DNA from: an uncultured virus (IMG/VR IMGVR_UViG_3300030514_000006)
Lineage: Duplodnaviria; Heunggongvirae; Uroviricota; Caudoviricetes; Herelleviridae
DNA length: 64,000 nucleotides
IMG/VR virus record: IMGVR_UViG_3300030514_000006
Strand: one strand, 5' to 3'
This document shows positions 48,699 through 57,802 of this stretch, piece after piece (the first letter of the stretch is position 1; each line of letters opens with the position of its first letter). The notes under the pieces were generated by a model that was given only the letters and a program-made list of their open reading frames with translations, did not search any database and was not told the DNA's origin. Made by a program: the position numbers and the translations under genes.

Positions 48699-49220
48699 AT
48701 GCCTACTTCTACTTTAATTTCTCATATTGAAGCTGCGGTTGCCCTACAACAAAGGAGCGCAGGAGCTTACATGGCTATCGGAAAAACATCTGCGTGGGAT
48801 AATGACGCAAATCCTCCTGAAGAGGATTCAAACACAGAAGCTCTTACAGAGATTATCGGTTATAAAAAAGTAAGTCAATTTTCACTAGCTAGACCATTGA
48901 ATACAGGTGAAACGACATCTTATCCGGTTGTTACATACGGAGGGCAACAATGGGTGCTTATCCCTGCAGACAAGGCTTTTGAAGAGAAGGCTCGATGGGT
49001 TTACGTATCCGCTAAGATTGACCCACTAGACTTACCTTCTGGATTTTTCAGACAAATAGGCGTGTACTTAGACCTTGTACCTAAGAGCGGTGTAACGAAG
49101 CAAAACTTACTACCCTCTGAAGTAGAGTCTGCAGGACGACTACAATTCTTTGAAAATAGAGAACCGCAAAACAGAACGTCCAGTGTATACGTGGAAGAGC
49201 AATTTGTTATTACAGTTTAA
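48699..49220 (+). CDS. Baseplate protein
   Basis: YMAIGKTSAW..PP..EIIGYKK..FRQIG motif; late promoter at 48646. Confidence 0.72.
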   Translation: MPTSTLISHIEAAVALQQRSAGAYMAIGKTSAWDNDANPPEEDSNTEALTEIIGYKKVSQFSLARPLNTGETTSYPVVTYGGQQWVLIPADKAFEEKARWVYVSAKIDPLDLPSGFFRQIGVYLDLVPKSGVTKQNLLPSEVESAGRLQFFENREPQNRTSSVYVEEQFVITV

Positions 49221-49235
49221 AAGGAGTGAATTACT

Positions 49236-52200
49236 TTGACAGAAATCAATCTTAACCAAGCACCTTATAATGACCGATTTGACCCGGAAAAGAATCGTAA
49301 CAAAGTTCTGTTTAATGCAGACCGTCCTCTACAACAATCGGAGCTAAACGAGATTCAGTCTATTGCTGAGTACAACAATCGCCAATTAGGAGACAGTATC
49401 TTTGCAGATGGAGATATTCAAACAGGTATGTCTTTTTCTGTTTCGAATGGAAGCATTACAGTAGAAGACGGACTAGTTTATCTTGCTGGACGAGTTCGTA
49501 AATTCAAGAAACAAACAATTCCTTTCTCAGGTACAGGTACAGAAGAAATCGGTATCGTAGTAGACCAAAAGATTGTCACAGCTAACGATGACCCTACATT
49601 ACTTGACCAAACACAAGGAGTAGATAGTTTCCTTTCCGCAGGTGCAGATCGTTTAGAAGAAACAGTTAAACTTACAAATAATGATGAAAGCGCACCAACA
49701 ATCTACAAGTTTGTTGATGGGGGCTTATTTGTACAGCCAGATCGTCCAGAATTTTCTATGATTAACGATGTGCTAGCACAACGTACGTATGAAGAATCTG
49801 GTTCGTACCAAGTAAGTGGGTTTAAAATGTGGACGGAGAAAAGCCAAGACAACACAAAACTTGACTTGGTTATTGACCGAGGGACTGCTTATGTATTAGG
49901 CTACCGTATTAACAAACCTACGTCAAGCCGTATTCCTCTTCGTAAGTCTCAAGACTTTAAGACAGTAGCTCAGGAGACTCACACGTACGATACAGCGGTT
50001 CGAAAGAACACAGTAGGCAGCGTGTCTGTTAAGGCTATTAATCAGGTTATCGCTCGTGTACAATCTCCAGCAGGCGGTATCACTGTCTCTAAGGGGACAG
50101 CAGACGGACGAGATGCTTTACCAGCTCAATACACTAGCTTAGACCCTAGCACAGTAGTTGTATGGACTACAAGCCCAGAGAAGTATTTTGAGTATAATAA
50201 AGACTACAAGATCATCGAAGATAGTGGTGTTCAATACGTAGACTGGAATACAGGGCTTAACGGTACAGAACCTACTACAGGTACTTCATACAAGATGTCA
50301 TTCGAGTATGACCGTGTAATGCAGCCTAACGTGGACTACAAAGTTGTTACTACTCCTGAAGAAGATACACCTTTCTGGTCAACGGATATCGACTTTAACG
50401 GTATGACAGGACTTAAGCCAAAGGATAAAGGGATTATTCGTATCGCGTACGATTACTACTTAGCTCGTGCAGATGTTATTACACTTAACAGCAATGGTGA
50501 GTTTACAGTAATCGAAGGACAACCTGACCGTACGAATGCTGCCCAGCCCCCTCTTCATGAAGACCCGTTAACACTTAAAGTCGGTGAGGTATTCATTTAT
50601 CCTAATGCAGACGAAGGACTAGCAGTTAACAACGGTATTGTACGTTTAACAATGACACAGCTAGTTAACATAAAAGAGCGTCTAGAAAACGTAGAGTATA
50701 ACCAAGCGATTGAAGCTTTAGAAAATAAAGCAATCGTTTCGGATGACCCATTAAATCTACGTGGAGTATTTGCAGACGGATTTGTAGACTTCTCTCGTAT
50801 GGACTTAAACACTTCTTCAGTGGCTATGTCTTTTGATGATGCAAGTATCACATTACAGGTTAACGCTCCTGCAGATCAAATGCGTTCACCATCTCTATCA
50901 GTAAGTGACTCAGTAGCTCATAGCTGGGGACGATTAGTAACAGCCCCTTATACAGAGATTAAAGAGATTTCACAGCCGCTTGCTTCTGAAGCAATGAACG
51001 TGAACCCCTACTCTGTGTATAACAAACTAGGTGCTCTAGCATTAACACCGGGAGCAGATAACTGGATTGAGCAAGCAAAGATCACAGTTAACAAAGAGAC
51101 TACTCAAACAGTTCGTATGGATAGATGGTGGGCTCACGGAAGACAAACATCTGTTACAAAGAGCTTACAGAATCTTGTAAAGAATTTAGACCTTGACGGT
51201 AACCAGAGCTGGGATATGGGGCTAGGCTACCAATACGATCTTAAGAATGGACGTTCCGGTACTCTAACAGATGTTGCTACAACAGTACGTAACACAGCTA
51301 TTGAGTTTATCCGAGTACGAGAAATTTCATTCTCAGCGTCTAACTTGCAGCCTATGTCAAACAACTTGTACCTGACATTTGATGGAATCCGAGTAGCGGT
51401 TACACCTACAGGCTCTACAGTTAAAGGTACTGAAGCAGGAACAATCATGTCGGATGCATCTGGTAAAGTTTCAGGTAAGTTCACAATTCCAGCTGGTGTT
51501 CGTACAGGTACTCGTGAAGTTGTTTTACAGAACGCTACAAACATGGCTATTGCTACGTATACAGCACAAGGTACACTGAAGACAACAGAGGAAGTTATTA
51601 CTAAGACTCGTGTAACAGTGAACCTGTATGACCCATTAGCGCAGTCATTTGTATTCCCACAAGATCGTGTTGTAACTTCATTTGACGCTTACTTTGCTTC
51701 TAAGTCTAGCACAGATAACGTCATTGTACAAGTACGTGGGCTATCTGAAGGTGGGTTCCCGAACCAGACTGTATACGCAGAACGCGTACTGACTCCAGCG
51801 CAGATCAAGACATCTTCTAATGCTTCTGTAGCAACGAAGATCGCACTGGATGACCCGTTAATGTGTAAAGCTGGTCAGTCATATTGCTTAGTGTTCATCA
51901 CAGATAGTAACCAGTACACAATGTGGGTTGCTACTCTAGGGCAGAATCGAATTGATGCACCTTCTCAAAAGGTAGTTTCTCAGCCTTATACAAACGGTGT
52001 ATTATTCAGTTCATCAAATGCTCGTACATGGACTGTACACCAAGAATCAGATTTAAAATTCAGTGTGTACACAGCTCAGTTCCAAGAGAATGCTATTGTA
52101 GAATTTAACCCTATGGCAGACCTAAACTCTGATATGCTTCTACTTATGGCTACGTACTTAACACCAGATAACACAGGGTGTACGTGGGAGATTAAGACAG

Positions 52201-52715
52201 TAGCTCAGTCAGACGTAGGTTCTGTATCTATCGATAGTGTACCTTGGCAGCCGCTGTCAAACTATATTGAGCAGACAGCAGCAGGTTCTGTAATCGGATT
52301 AGTTAAGCTTCGTGCAACATTTAAAGCTAACCGTTACATTTCTCCAATGCTGACACTAGAGGATTTAATGTTTGTTAACTTTATCTCTGAAACAGCTGGA
52401 GATTATGTGTCATTAAACATTGACTCTACAGATGCACCGTTTAACACGCTTACACTGTCATATGACTCTACAGAGCCAACAGGTACGAAGATCACACCTA
52501 AGTACTCTTTAGATGGTGGAACAACGTGGAAGACGTTTACAGCAACGGATGTAGTGACAAAACAATCTGCAGAGTATAGCCGACACACATTCACTGAAAA
52601 AGTCTCTACTGGATTAAGCACTCAGCTGAAAGTGAAGTTAGAGCTACGAGCAGATAACCGTTTTGTACGACCTCGTGCTAGACGATTAACAGCAGTATTC
52701 AAAAACGAAGTATAA
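49236..52715 (+). CDS. Large baseplate/adsorption protein (DUF4815-like)
   Basis: PYNDRFDP..VLFNADRPLQQSELNEIQS, LAQRTYEESGSY and DPLAQSF; TTG start with an AAGGAG RBS. Confidence 0.82.
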   Translation: MTEINLNQAPYNDRFDPEKNRNKVLFNADRPLQQSELNEIQSIAEYNNRQLGDSIFADGDIQTGMSFSVSNGSITVEDGLVYLAGRVRKFKKQTIPFSGTGTEEIGIVVDQKIVTANDDPTLLDQTQGVDSFLSAGADRLEETVKLTNNDESAPTIYKFVDGGLFVQPDRPEFSMINDVLAQRTYEESGSYQVSGFKMWTEKSQDNTKLDLVIDRGTAYVLGYRINKPTSSRIPLRKSQDFKTVAQETHTYDTAVRKNTVGSVSVKAINQVIARVQSPAGGITVSKGTADGRDALPAQYTSLDPSTVVVWTTSPEKYFEYNKDYKIIEDSGVQYVDWNTGLNGTEPTTGTSYKMSFEYDRVMQPNVDYKVVTTPEEDTPFWSTDIDFNGMTGLKPKDKGIIRIAYDYYLARADVITLNSNGEFTVIEGQPDRTNAAQPPLHEDPLTLKVGEVFIYPNADEGLAVNNGIVRLTMTQLVNIKERLENVEYNQAIEALENKAIVSDDPLNLRGVFADGFVDFSRMDLNTSSVAMSFDDASITLQVNAPADQMRSPSLSVSDSVAHSWGRLVTAPYTEIKEISQPLASEAMNVNPYSVYNKLGALALTPGADNWIEQAKITVNKETTQTVRMDRWWAHGRQTSVTKSLQNLVKNLDLDGNQSWDMGLGYQYDLKNGRSGTLTDVATTVRNTAIEFIRVREISFSASNLQPMSNNLYLTFDGIRVAVTPTGSTVKGTEAGTIMSDASGKVSGKFTIPAGVRTGTREVVLQNATNMAIATYTAQGTLKTTEEVITKTRVTVNLYDPLAQSFVFPQDRVVTSFDAYFASKSSTDNVIVQVRGLSEGGFPNQTVYAERVLTPAQIKTSSNASVATKIALDDPLMCKAGQSYCLVFITDSNQYTMWVATLGQNRIDAPSQKVVSQPYTNGVLFSSSNARTWTVHQESDLKFSVYTAQFQENAIVEFNPMADLNSDMLLLMATYLTPDNTGCTWEIKTVAQSDVGSVSIDSVPWQPLSNYIEQTAAGSVIGLVKLRATFKANRYISPMLTLEDLMFVNFISETAGDYVSLNIDSTDAPFNTLTLSYDSTEPTGTKITPKYSLDGGTTWKTFTATDVVTKQSAEYSRHTFTEKVSTGLSTQLKVKLELRADNRFVRPRARRLTAVFKNEV

Positions 52716-52727
52716 GGAGTGAGATAG

Positions 52728-52895
52728 ATGCCATTAGAGCAACGTGACCCGCACTCTAAGGCTCGACTCTTTATCCCTACTAACCGTGAGCGCTCTCTGG
52801 TAGAGACTCAGAGAAAGCTCCAAGAGGGGTTAAATGACGTTGAGAAGCTGAAGAACGAACTGAAAGAAATGTTAAATAAAGCTAAGGATAGCTAA
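52728..52895 (+). CDS. Small coiled-coil protein (55 aa, not in the ORF track)
   Basis: AAGGAG RBS; MPLEQRDPHSKARLFIPTNRERSLVETQRKLQEGLNDVEKLKNELKEMLNKAKDS. Confidence 0.75.
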   Translation: MPLEQRDPHSKARLFIPTNRERSLVETQRKLQEGLNDVEKLKNELKEMLNKAKDS

Positions 52896-52964
52896 TTAGT
52901 TTAGCTATATTATAAGGGGAGAGAAATCTCCCTTATTTTTATATAAAAGATTGGAGGAAAGATA

Positions 52965-54638
52965 ATGGAAAACAGACCCTTAGATCGGGATAACATGTAT
53001 GCTAACCTAGTAGACCCTACAGGGAAAATTATAGAATCATTAGTAGATATAACTACTAGACTACCAATTATTGAGGGCATATTAGAGGCGCTTAAAGGAG
53101 GAGCTGTCGAGCAGTCGATTGATGATTTTCCGAGGGTTACACCAGAGAGCGATGATACAGGTAGGCTAAAAAGAGCAATTAAGTCTATCGTAGACTCAGG
53201 AGTACGTGGAGTTCTCAACCTTAAAGGAAAAAAGTTAGTCATCTCTTCTAGGGTGGATATTGACGTATCCTATGTCAGTCTTAATGGGGGTGGAGCTATC
53301 ATTAGTGCTGCAGCCTTAACTAGCGGAACAGCATTGTACATTACTGGAACTAAGCTAGAAAATAACATTCCAGCATTAGCTCAGGCTACAGGTTTCTTAG
53401 CTAACTTCTCATTAGAGGGTGACACAACAGCGTCACGAGGTAAAGTAGGTACAGTAGGTATCGAGATGAACAGTGCTACAGGGGCAGGTCCTTCTAATAT
53501 TAAATTCTACAATATGGGCGCTCACCATTTTGAGACAGACATCACATTCAAGAACCATGCGTACATTATTGATTTCTTTGGTTGTAACTTTTCAAAAGCT
53601 AAAGTAGGTATTCATACTCCTTCAGGATTTACAGACTACGGTGAACGTATGACTTTTGTAGGCTGTACTATCGCTAACTGTGATACATTGGTCAAAGGAG
53701 AAAACCCAGACGGAAGTTTACACTTCACAGGTTGTTCATTTGATTACCCTACAGGTAAGTTTTTCGAGATCAATGGAACACAGGCATTTTTACACGGTTG
53801 TCACATTGAAGGTGCGGGGGATAAAGTAGGCGCAGCCCCTATTACACTGTCCGGTAACGGTGCAACATTTATCATGAACGGTGGTAAGTTTATGTTTAAC
53901 TCGACAACACCGGGTTATGCTAATGTGTTTAACATCCAAGCTAGTACTTCTGAAGAAAAAGGTGGAGGAGTATACCTAGACGGGGTGTTCCTGTTCAACC
54001 TCAACCCTACGACAGGATTCTTAGCTACAGGTAGCGGACATATCTCTGTTAAAAACTGGTTCAGCTACGATACTTCACAAAACTATGCATTTCTATCTGC
54101 TGCTCGAAATAACTTAATTGACGGTGGATTCGAAATGGCGAGTATTGTAGATAACTGGTTTATCTTCCAAGATGCTGCTGCAGTTACAGATAAGTTCACA
54201 GGAACTAACATAGCTTTATCATTAGCAACAGACCAGTTTAAAGCAGGAACTAAATCGTTAAAGGTTGCTAAGACTGCTGTAGGAGGTAGTCCCGCTCAGT
54301 TTGCTCTAGCGGTACCGGTAAGTGGTGCTAATCGATACGGTGCTTCTATTAACTACAAGAAAGTAGGGACGGGGACGGGAAACATCTACGCTGACATGAG
54401 ATGGGCTGTCGTGGAGAATAATGCTAGTGGTTTACCTACGATTAAGTACAACTCAGCAAGTATATCCGCTAAGACAATTACATTTGCTTCTGCAGATGTA
54501 AACTGGACGAACACGATCTGGTCTCCTAAACTTAGAAAACCAGCGTGGGCTACACATATGATTATCACGTTTAATATCTCTAATCTGTCAAATGGAACCA
54601 CGTTCTATATTGACGATTGTTTAGTAAACGAGATGTAA
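52965..54638 (+). CDS. Beta-helix spike/depolymerase with a C-terminal carbohydrate-binding-like domain
   Basis: ESDDTGRLKRAI; FFGC/FVGC/FTGC repeats; NNLIDGGFE..GTKSLKV..FYIDD CBM-like end; late promoter at 52903. Confidence 0.78.
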   Translation: MENRPLDRDNMYANLVDPTGKIIESLVDITTRLPIIEGILEALKGGAVEQSIDDFPRVTPESDDTGRLKRAIKSIVDSGVRGVLNLKGKKLVISSRVDIDVSYVSLNGGGAIISAAALTSGTALYITGTKLENNIPALAQATGFLANFSLEGDTTASRGKVGTVGIEMNSATGAGPSNIKFYNMGAHHFETDITFKNHAYIIDFFGCNFSKAKVGIHTPSGFTDYGERMTFVGCTIANCDTLVKGENPDGSLHFTGCSFDYPTGKFFEINGTQAFLHGCHIEGAGDKVGAAPITLSGNGATFIMNGGKFMFNSTTPGYANVFNIQASTSEEKGGGVYLDGVFLFNLNPTTGFLATGSGHISVKNWFSYDTSQNYAFLSAARNNLIDGGFEMASIVDNWFIFQDAAAVTDKFTGTNIALSLATDQFKAGTKSLKVAKTAVGGSPAQFALAVPVSGANRYGASINYKKVGTGTGNIYADMRWAVVENNASGLPTIKYNSASISAKTITFASADVNWTNTIWSPKLRKPAWATHMIITFNISNLSNGTTFYIDDCLVNEM

Positions 54639-54665
54639 GACATCCTTAGGGATGTCTTTTTTTTT
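54637..54665 (+). terminator. Intrinsic terminator ending the structural module
   Basis: AAGACATCC-TTAG-GGATGTCTT followed by a long T tract. Confidence 0.85.
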
Positions 54666-54913
54666 GTCCTATTTTGAACCCTTGATACACATATGTTTCT
54701 GACCATTTACATAACTATTTTGTCCTATTTTATTATGGCTGCTCTGTATTATATTTTATATTTATTAATTAAATATTATTATATATAGCTATAGATATTA
54801 ATTAAATATTATATATAAATTATAATACAGCAGATGTAAAATTTTAATAGGCACAAATAGTCAACTAAGTAGTGATAAATATAAGCCAGTCAACGGATTA
54901 AAATAAGACATAT
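54662..54913. repeat. AT-rich palindromic repeat region, candidate replication origin
   Basis: TTTTGTCCTATTTT occurs twice, with degenerate inverted copies on the other side; CTGTATTATA/TATAATACAG inverted repeat; TATTAATTAAATATTAT twice; about 80 nt with only 3 G/C. Confidence 0.55.
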
Positions 54914-54986
54914 TGTTCGATTTATCTGTATGATTATGGTATAATAGAGGGGTACATACAGGATAAAGAGGAGGAAAAACGAACAT

Positions 54987-56762
54987 ATGATAATTAACGT
55001 TGGTACCATGTATACAACTGTCGATTTTGGAAATGACGTACTTCTCAAAGAGAAAGTACAAGAGATGGCACATAACCTACTAGGAATCAAAGAAGAAGGT
55101 GCGTTCTATTCACGAGCATTCAAATCAGGATTCTGGGATGGCATTACAGATTTTTACAACATGAAAGAGGACAAGTTCCATACAGGTCTACTTGACCAAT
55201 TTCTAGAAGGTATGCGTACACTAGTCGAACATAACCCTAATATCAAGTACGAGGTAGTAGATGATCGCCCGCCTGCTTTAGTTAGCCCTAATGCGATTGA
55301 CGAAGAGATTGTATTAGGCAATGGTGATGAAGACCCTATTACACTACGAGATTATCAATACAACTCTGTCAAAAGTGTTTTCCACGAACAAGTAGGAATT
55401 ATCAACGTAGCCACGAATGGAGGGAAAACAGAAATTGCCTCTGGTGTTATTCAGCAGGTACTTCCTTACCTAAAGCGCGGTCAGCGTGTAGCGTTCTTTA
55501 CTCACTCAAGAGAAATCTTTGGTCAGTCTGCAGAACGTATTGCAAAGCGTGTAGGGCTAAAAGTCCGGGATGTTGGGTTTATTGGTGACGGAAAGTTTGA
55601 TATTAAAAATAAAAAGATTGTATTTGTCATGGTACCTACACTAGTATCTGCATTAAAAGACCCAAAGAAAGGAATCAAGTTTACACCAAAGGAACGTGTA
55701 ATCAAAATGATTGCAGAGGAGATTGTTCCGAAGTTTAAGAATACTCAAAATACTAGACAACTAATCCGTAACTATATCAAAAACTGTAACCTGACTACAG
55801 CTGTCTGGTTAGACGTGGAGCAACACTTATCTTACGTGGCTTATGATAAAAAGTTCACAGACAAGTCCGCGCAGATGCATCTGAACAAATATGTGATAGA
55901 ATTTAACAAGATCATGGAGAAGAAGAATAAAAAGAAATTCCAAAAGTACAACGAAACAAAAGAATTTTTAGAATCCGTTACAGTCATGATTGCCGATGAG
56001 GTACATCACTCAAAAGCAGATACGTGGTACACGTCTCTATCACTCTGTGAAAATGCCATTTACCGTGTAGGTTTAACCGGGACTGTAGACAAGAAAGATA
56101 AAATGGGTTGGCAAAGACTGCAAGCACTATTCAGTCAAGTTGTAGTACGGGTATCGAATGAGTACTTGATTGATAAAGGTATCTCTTCAAAACCAACCAT
56201 TCGATTACTGCCTATTACTGAGCCCCGCAATATTGAACTGGCTAGTAACTTCTTGGAAGCGTACAAGCTAGGCATTGTGGAAAATGAATACCGCAATAAG
56301 ATTATTGCAGACCTAGTTGAGTCTTACCATAAACGCAAGCCGGGAGGTATTCTAGTAAGCGTAAAAGAGATTGCACATGGGGACTATATCTTAGAAAATC
56401 TTCGGAACAGGGGATTAGAAGTTGAGTTTATTCATGGTGGGTCAGATGCAGACCACCGAGCTACACAGCTAAGCAGATTCTCTAAAGGGGAACTAAAGAT
56501 TCTCATTGCAAGTACGATCATCGATGAAGGGGTCGATATGAAATCAATTGGCTGTATGGTGCTAGCTGCGGGAGGTAAATCCATGAGACAACAGCTACAG
56601 CGTATCGGTCGTGGACTCCGACTAAATGGCATTGATGGGAATAGCGTTATGGTATTCGACTTCATGGACTCTACCAATAAGTTTCTCAAGGCGCATTCCA
56701 AAGAACGGATTAAACTATTTACCGAAGAAAAATTCGATGTAAAAGTTTTAGGAGGTAACTAG
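54987..56762 (+). CDS. SF2 DNA helicase (DEXH)
   Basis: LRDYQ, ATNGGKT, DEVH, TGT, IIDEGVD and QRIGRGLR. Confidence 0.93.
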   Translation: MIINVGTMYTTVDFGNDVLLKEKVQEMAHNLLGIKEEGAFYSRAFKSGFWDGITDFYNMKEDKFHTGLLDQFLEGMRTLVEHNPNIKYEVVDDRPPALVSPNAIDEEIVLGNGDEDPITLRDYQYNSVKSVFHEQVGIINVATNGGKTEIASGVIQQVLPYLKRGQRVAFFTHSREIFGQSAERIAKRVGLKVRDVGFIGDGKFDIKNKKIVFVMVPTLVSALKDPKKGIKFTPKERVIKMIAEEIVPKFKNTQNTRQLIRNYIKNCNLTTAVWLDVEQHLSYVAYDKKFTDKSAQMHLNKYVIEFNKIMEKKNKKKFQKYNETKEFLESVTVMIADEVHHSKADTWYTSLSLCENAIYRVGLTGTVDKKDKMGWQRLQALFSQVVVRVSNEYLIDKGISSKPTIRLLPITEPRNIELASNFLEAYKLGIVENEYRNKIIADLVESYHKRKPGGILVSVKEIAHGDYILENLRNRGLEVEFIHGGSDADHRATQLSRFSKGELKILIASTIIDEGVDMKSIGCMVLAAGGKSMRQQLQRIGRGLRLNGIDGNSVMVFDFMDSTNKFLKAHSKERIKLFTEEKFDVKVLGGN

Positions 56763-57692
56763 ATGGCTAGAAATAATACTAAGTGGACTCTAGAATCGGT
56801 CAAGGCTTACTACGCTGAGCATGGTTGCACTTTCGTGTCCACAGAATATAAAACTATGTTGGATTCATACACTTTTATTTGCCATTGTGGTAACAAGCAT
56901 ACCAGCCGCTTTGAGAGTTTTTATAAACATCGGAAAAGATGCAAGAAGTGTGCGGGTAAAGAGGCGGCTGAGCGCAGAAGACTAAGTAAAACGGCTATTG
57001 TTCATACGTTAGAGTCTAAGGGGTTTACCTACCTGAACCACTACTGGGCTAAAAAAGAAGGAGTAAAGACAGATCGGAATTACCTAATGATTGACTACGT
57101 TTGTAAAAACGGGCATGTTCACGCAGGCAAGTACTACCACTCTGTATCAACGTCTGAGTATGGTTGTATGCACTGCCTGTGGGATTTACTTAAGGAGCTT
57201 GAACGGTTACCAATCTCTAAAGTTAAATCGGTCGTAGAATTTTTTGGTATGCGGCTTTTATCTAACGATTACACAAACAATCATACACCAATTCTGGTAG
57301 AGTGCGCTTGTGGTAAACCCTATAAAACTACGCTAATGAGTATAACAAAAGGGCATAGATGTGGGTGTCAGCGAGGAGGGGAGAACCACTACAAGTATAA
57401 CCCTAACCTTACTGACGAAGAGCGACAGGACAAACGAGCTTACCCGGAGTATGCTCAGTGGGTTCGTAGTGTTTACGAGCGGGATAACTACACCTGTAAG
57501 AAGTGTGGTAAGCGCGGAGGTGAACTCCACGCACACCATATTTACTCTTACGCAAAATTTAAAGAGAAGCGGACAGAGTTAGCCAATGGAGTTACGCTGT
57601 GCGTGGATGACCATAAGGCATTTCACCAGTTGTACGGTCTACACGATTTTACTCCTGAAAACTTTTACAAGTTCATGGGGTATAACCACTAG
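56763..57692 (+). CDS. HNH homing endonuclease with N-terminal Zn-ribbon repeats
   Basis: ERDNYTCKKCG..LHAHHI..NGVTLCVDDHKAFH; repeated CxCG..C units. Confidence 0.85.
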   Translation: MARNNTKWTLESVKAYYAEHGCTFVSTEYKTMLDSYTFICHCGNKHTSRFESFYKHRKRCKKCAGKEAAERRRLSKTAIVHTLESKGFTYLNHYWAKKEGVKTDRNYLMIDYVCKNGHVHAGKYYHSVSTSEYGCMHCLWDLLKELERLPISKVKSVVEFFGMRLLSNDYTNNHTPILVECACGKPYKTTLMSITKGHRCGCQRGGENHYKYNPNLTDEERQDKRAYPEYAQWVRSVYERDNYTCKKCGKRGGELHAHHIYSYAKFKEKRTELANGVTLCVDDHKAFHQLYGLHDFTPENFYKFMGYNH

Positions 57693-57802
57693 GTAGCTAA
57701 CGGGGACAGTAATGTCCCTATATTTTTATTTTAGCTATTGAATATTTTACAGAATGTGTTATAATGAAATCAAACCTGTATCAGGATAGGAGGAGCAGAT
57801 GG

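Noticed and set aside
55660..55980. Possible intein in the SF2 helicase (insert of about 100 aa before DEVH)
   Set aside because: No C/S...HN-C/S/T splice motifs or LAGLIDADG blocks; it looks like a helical insertion.
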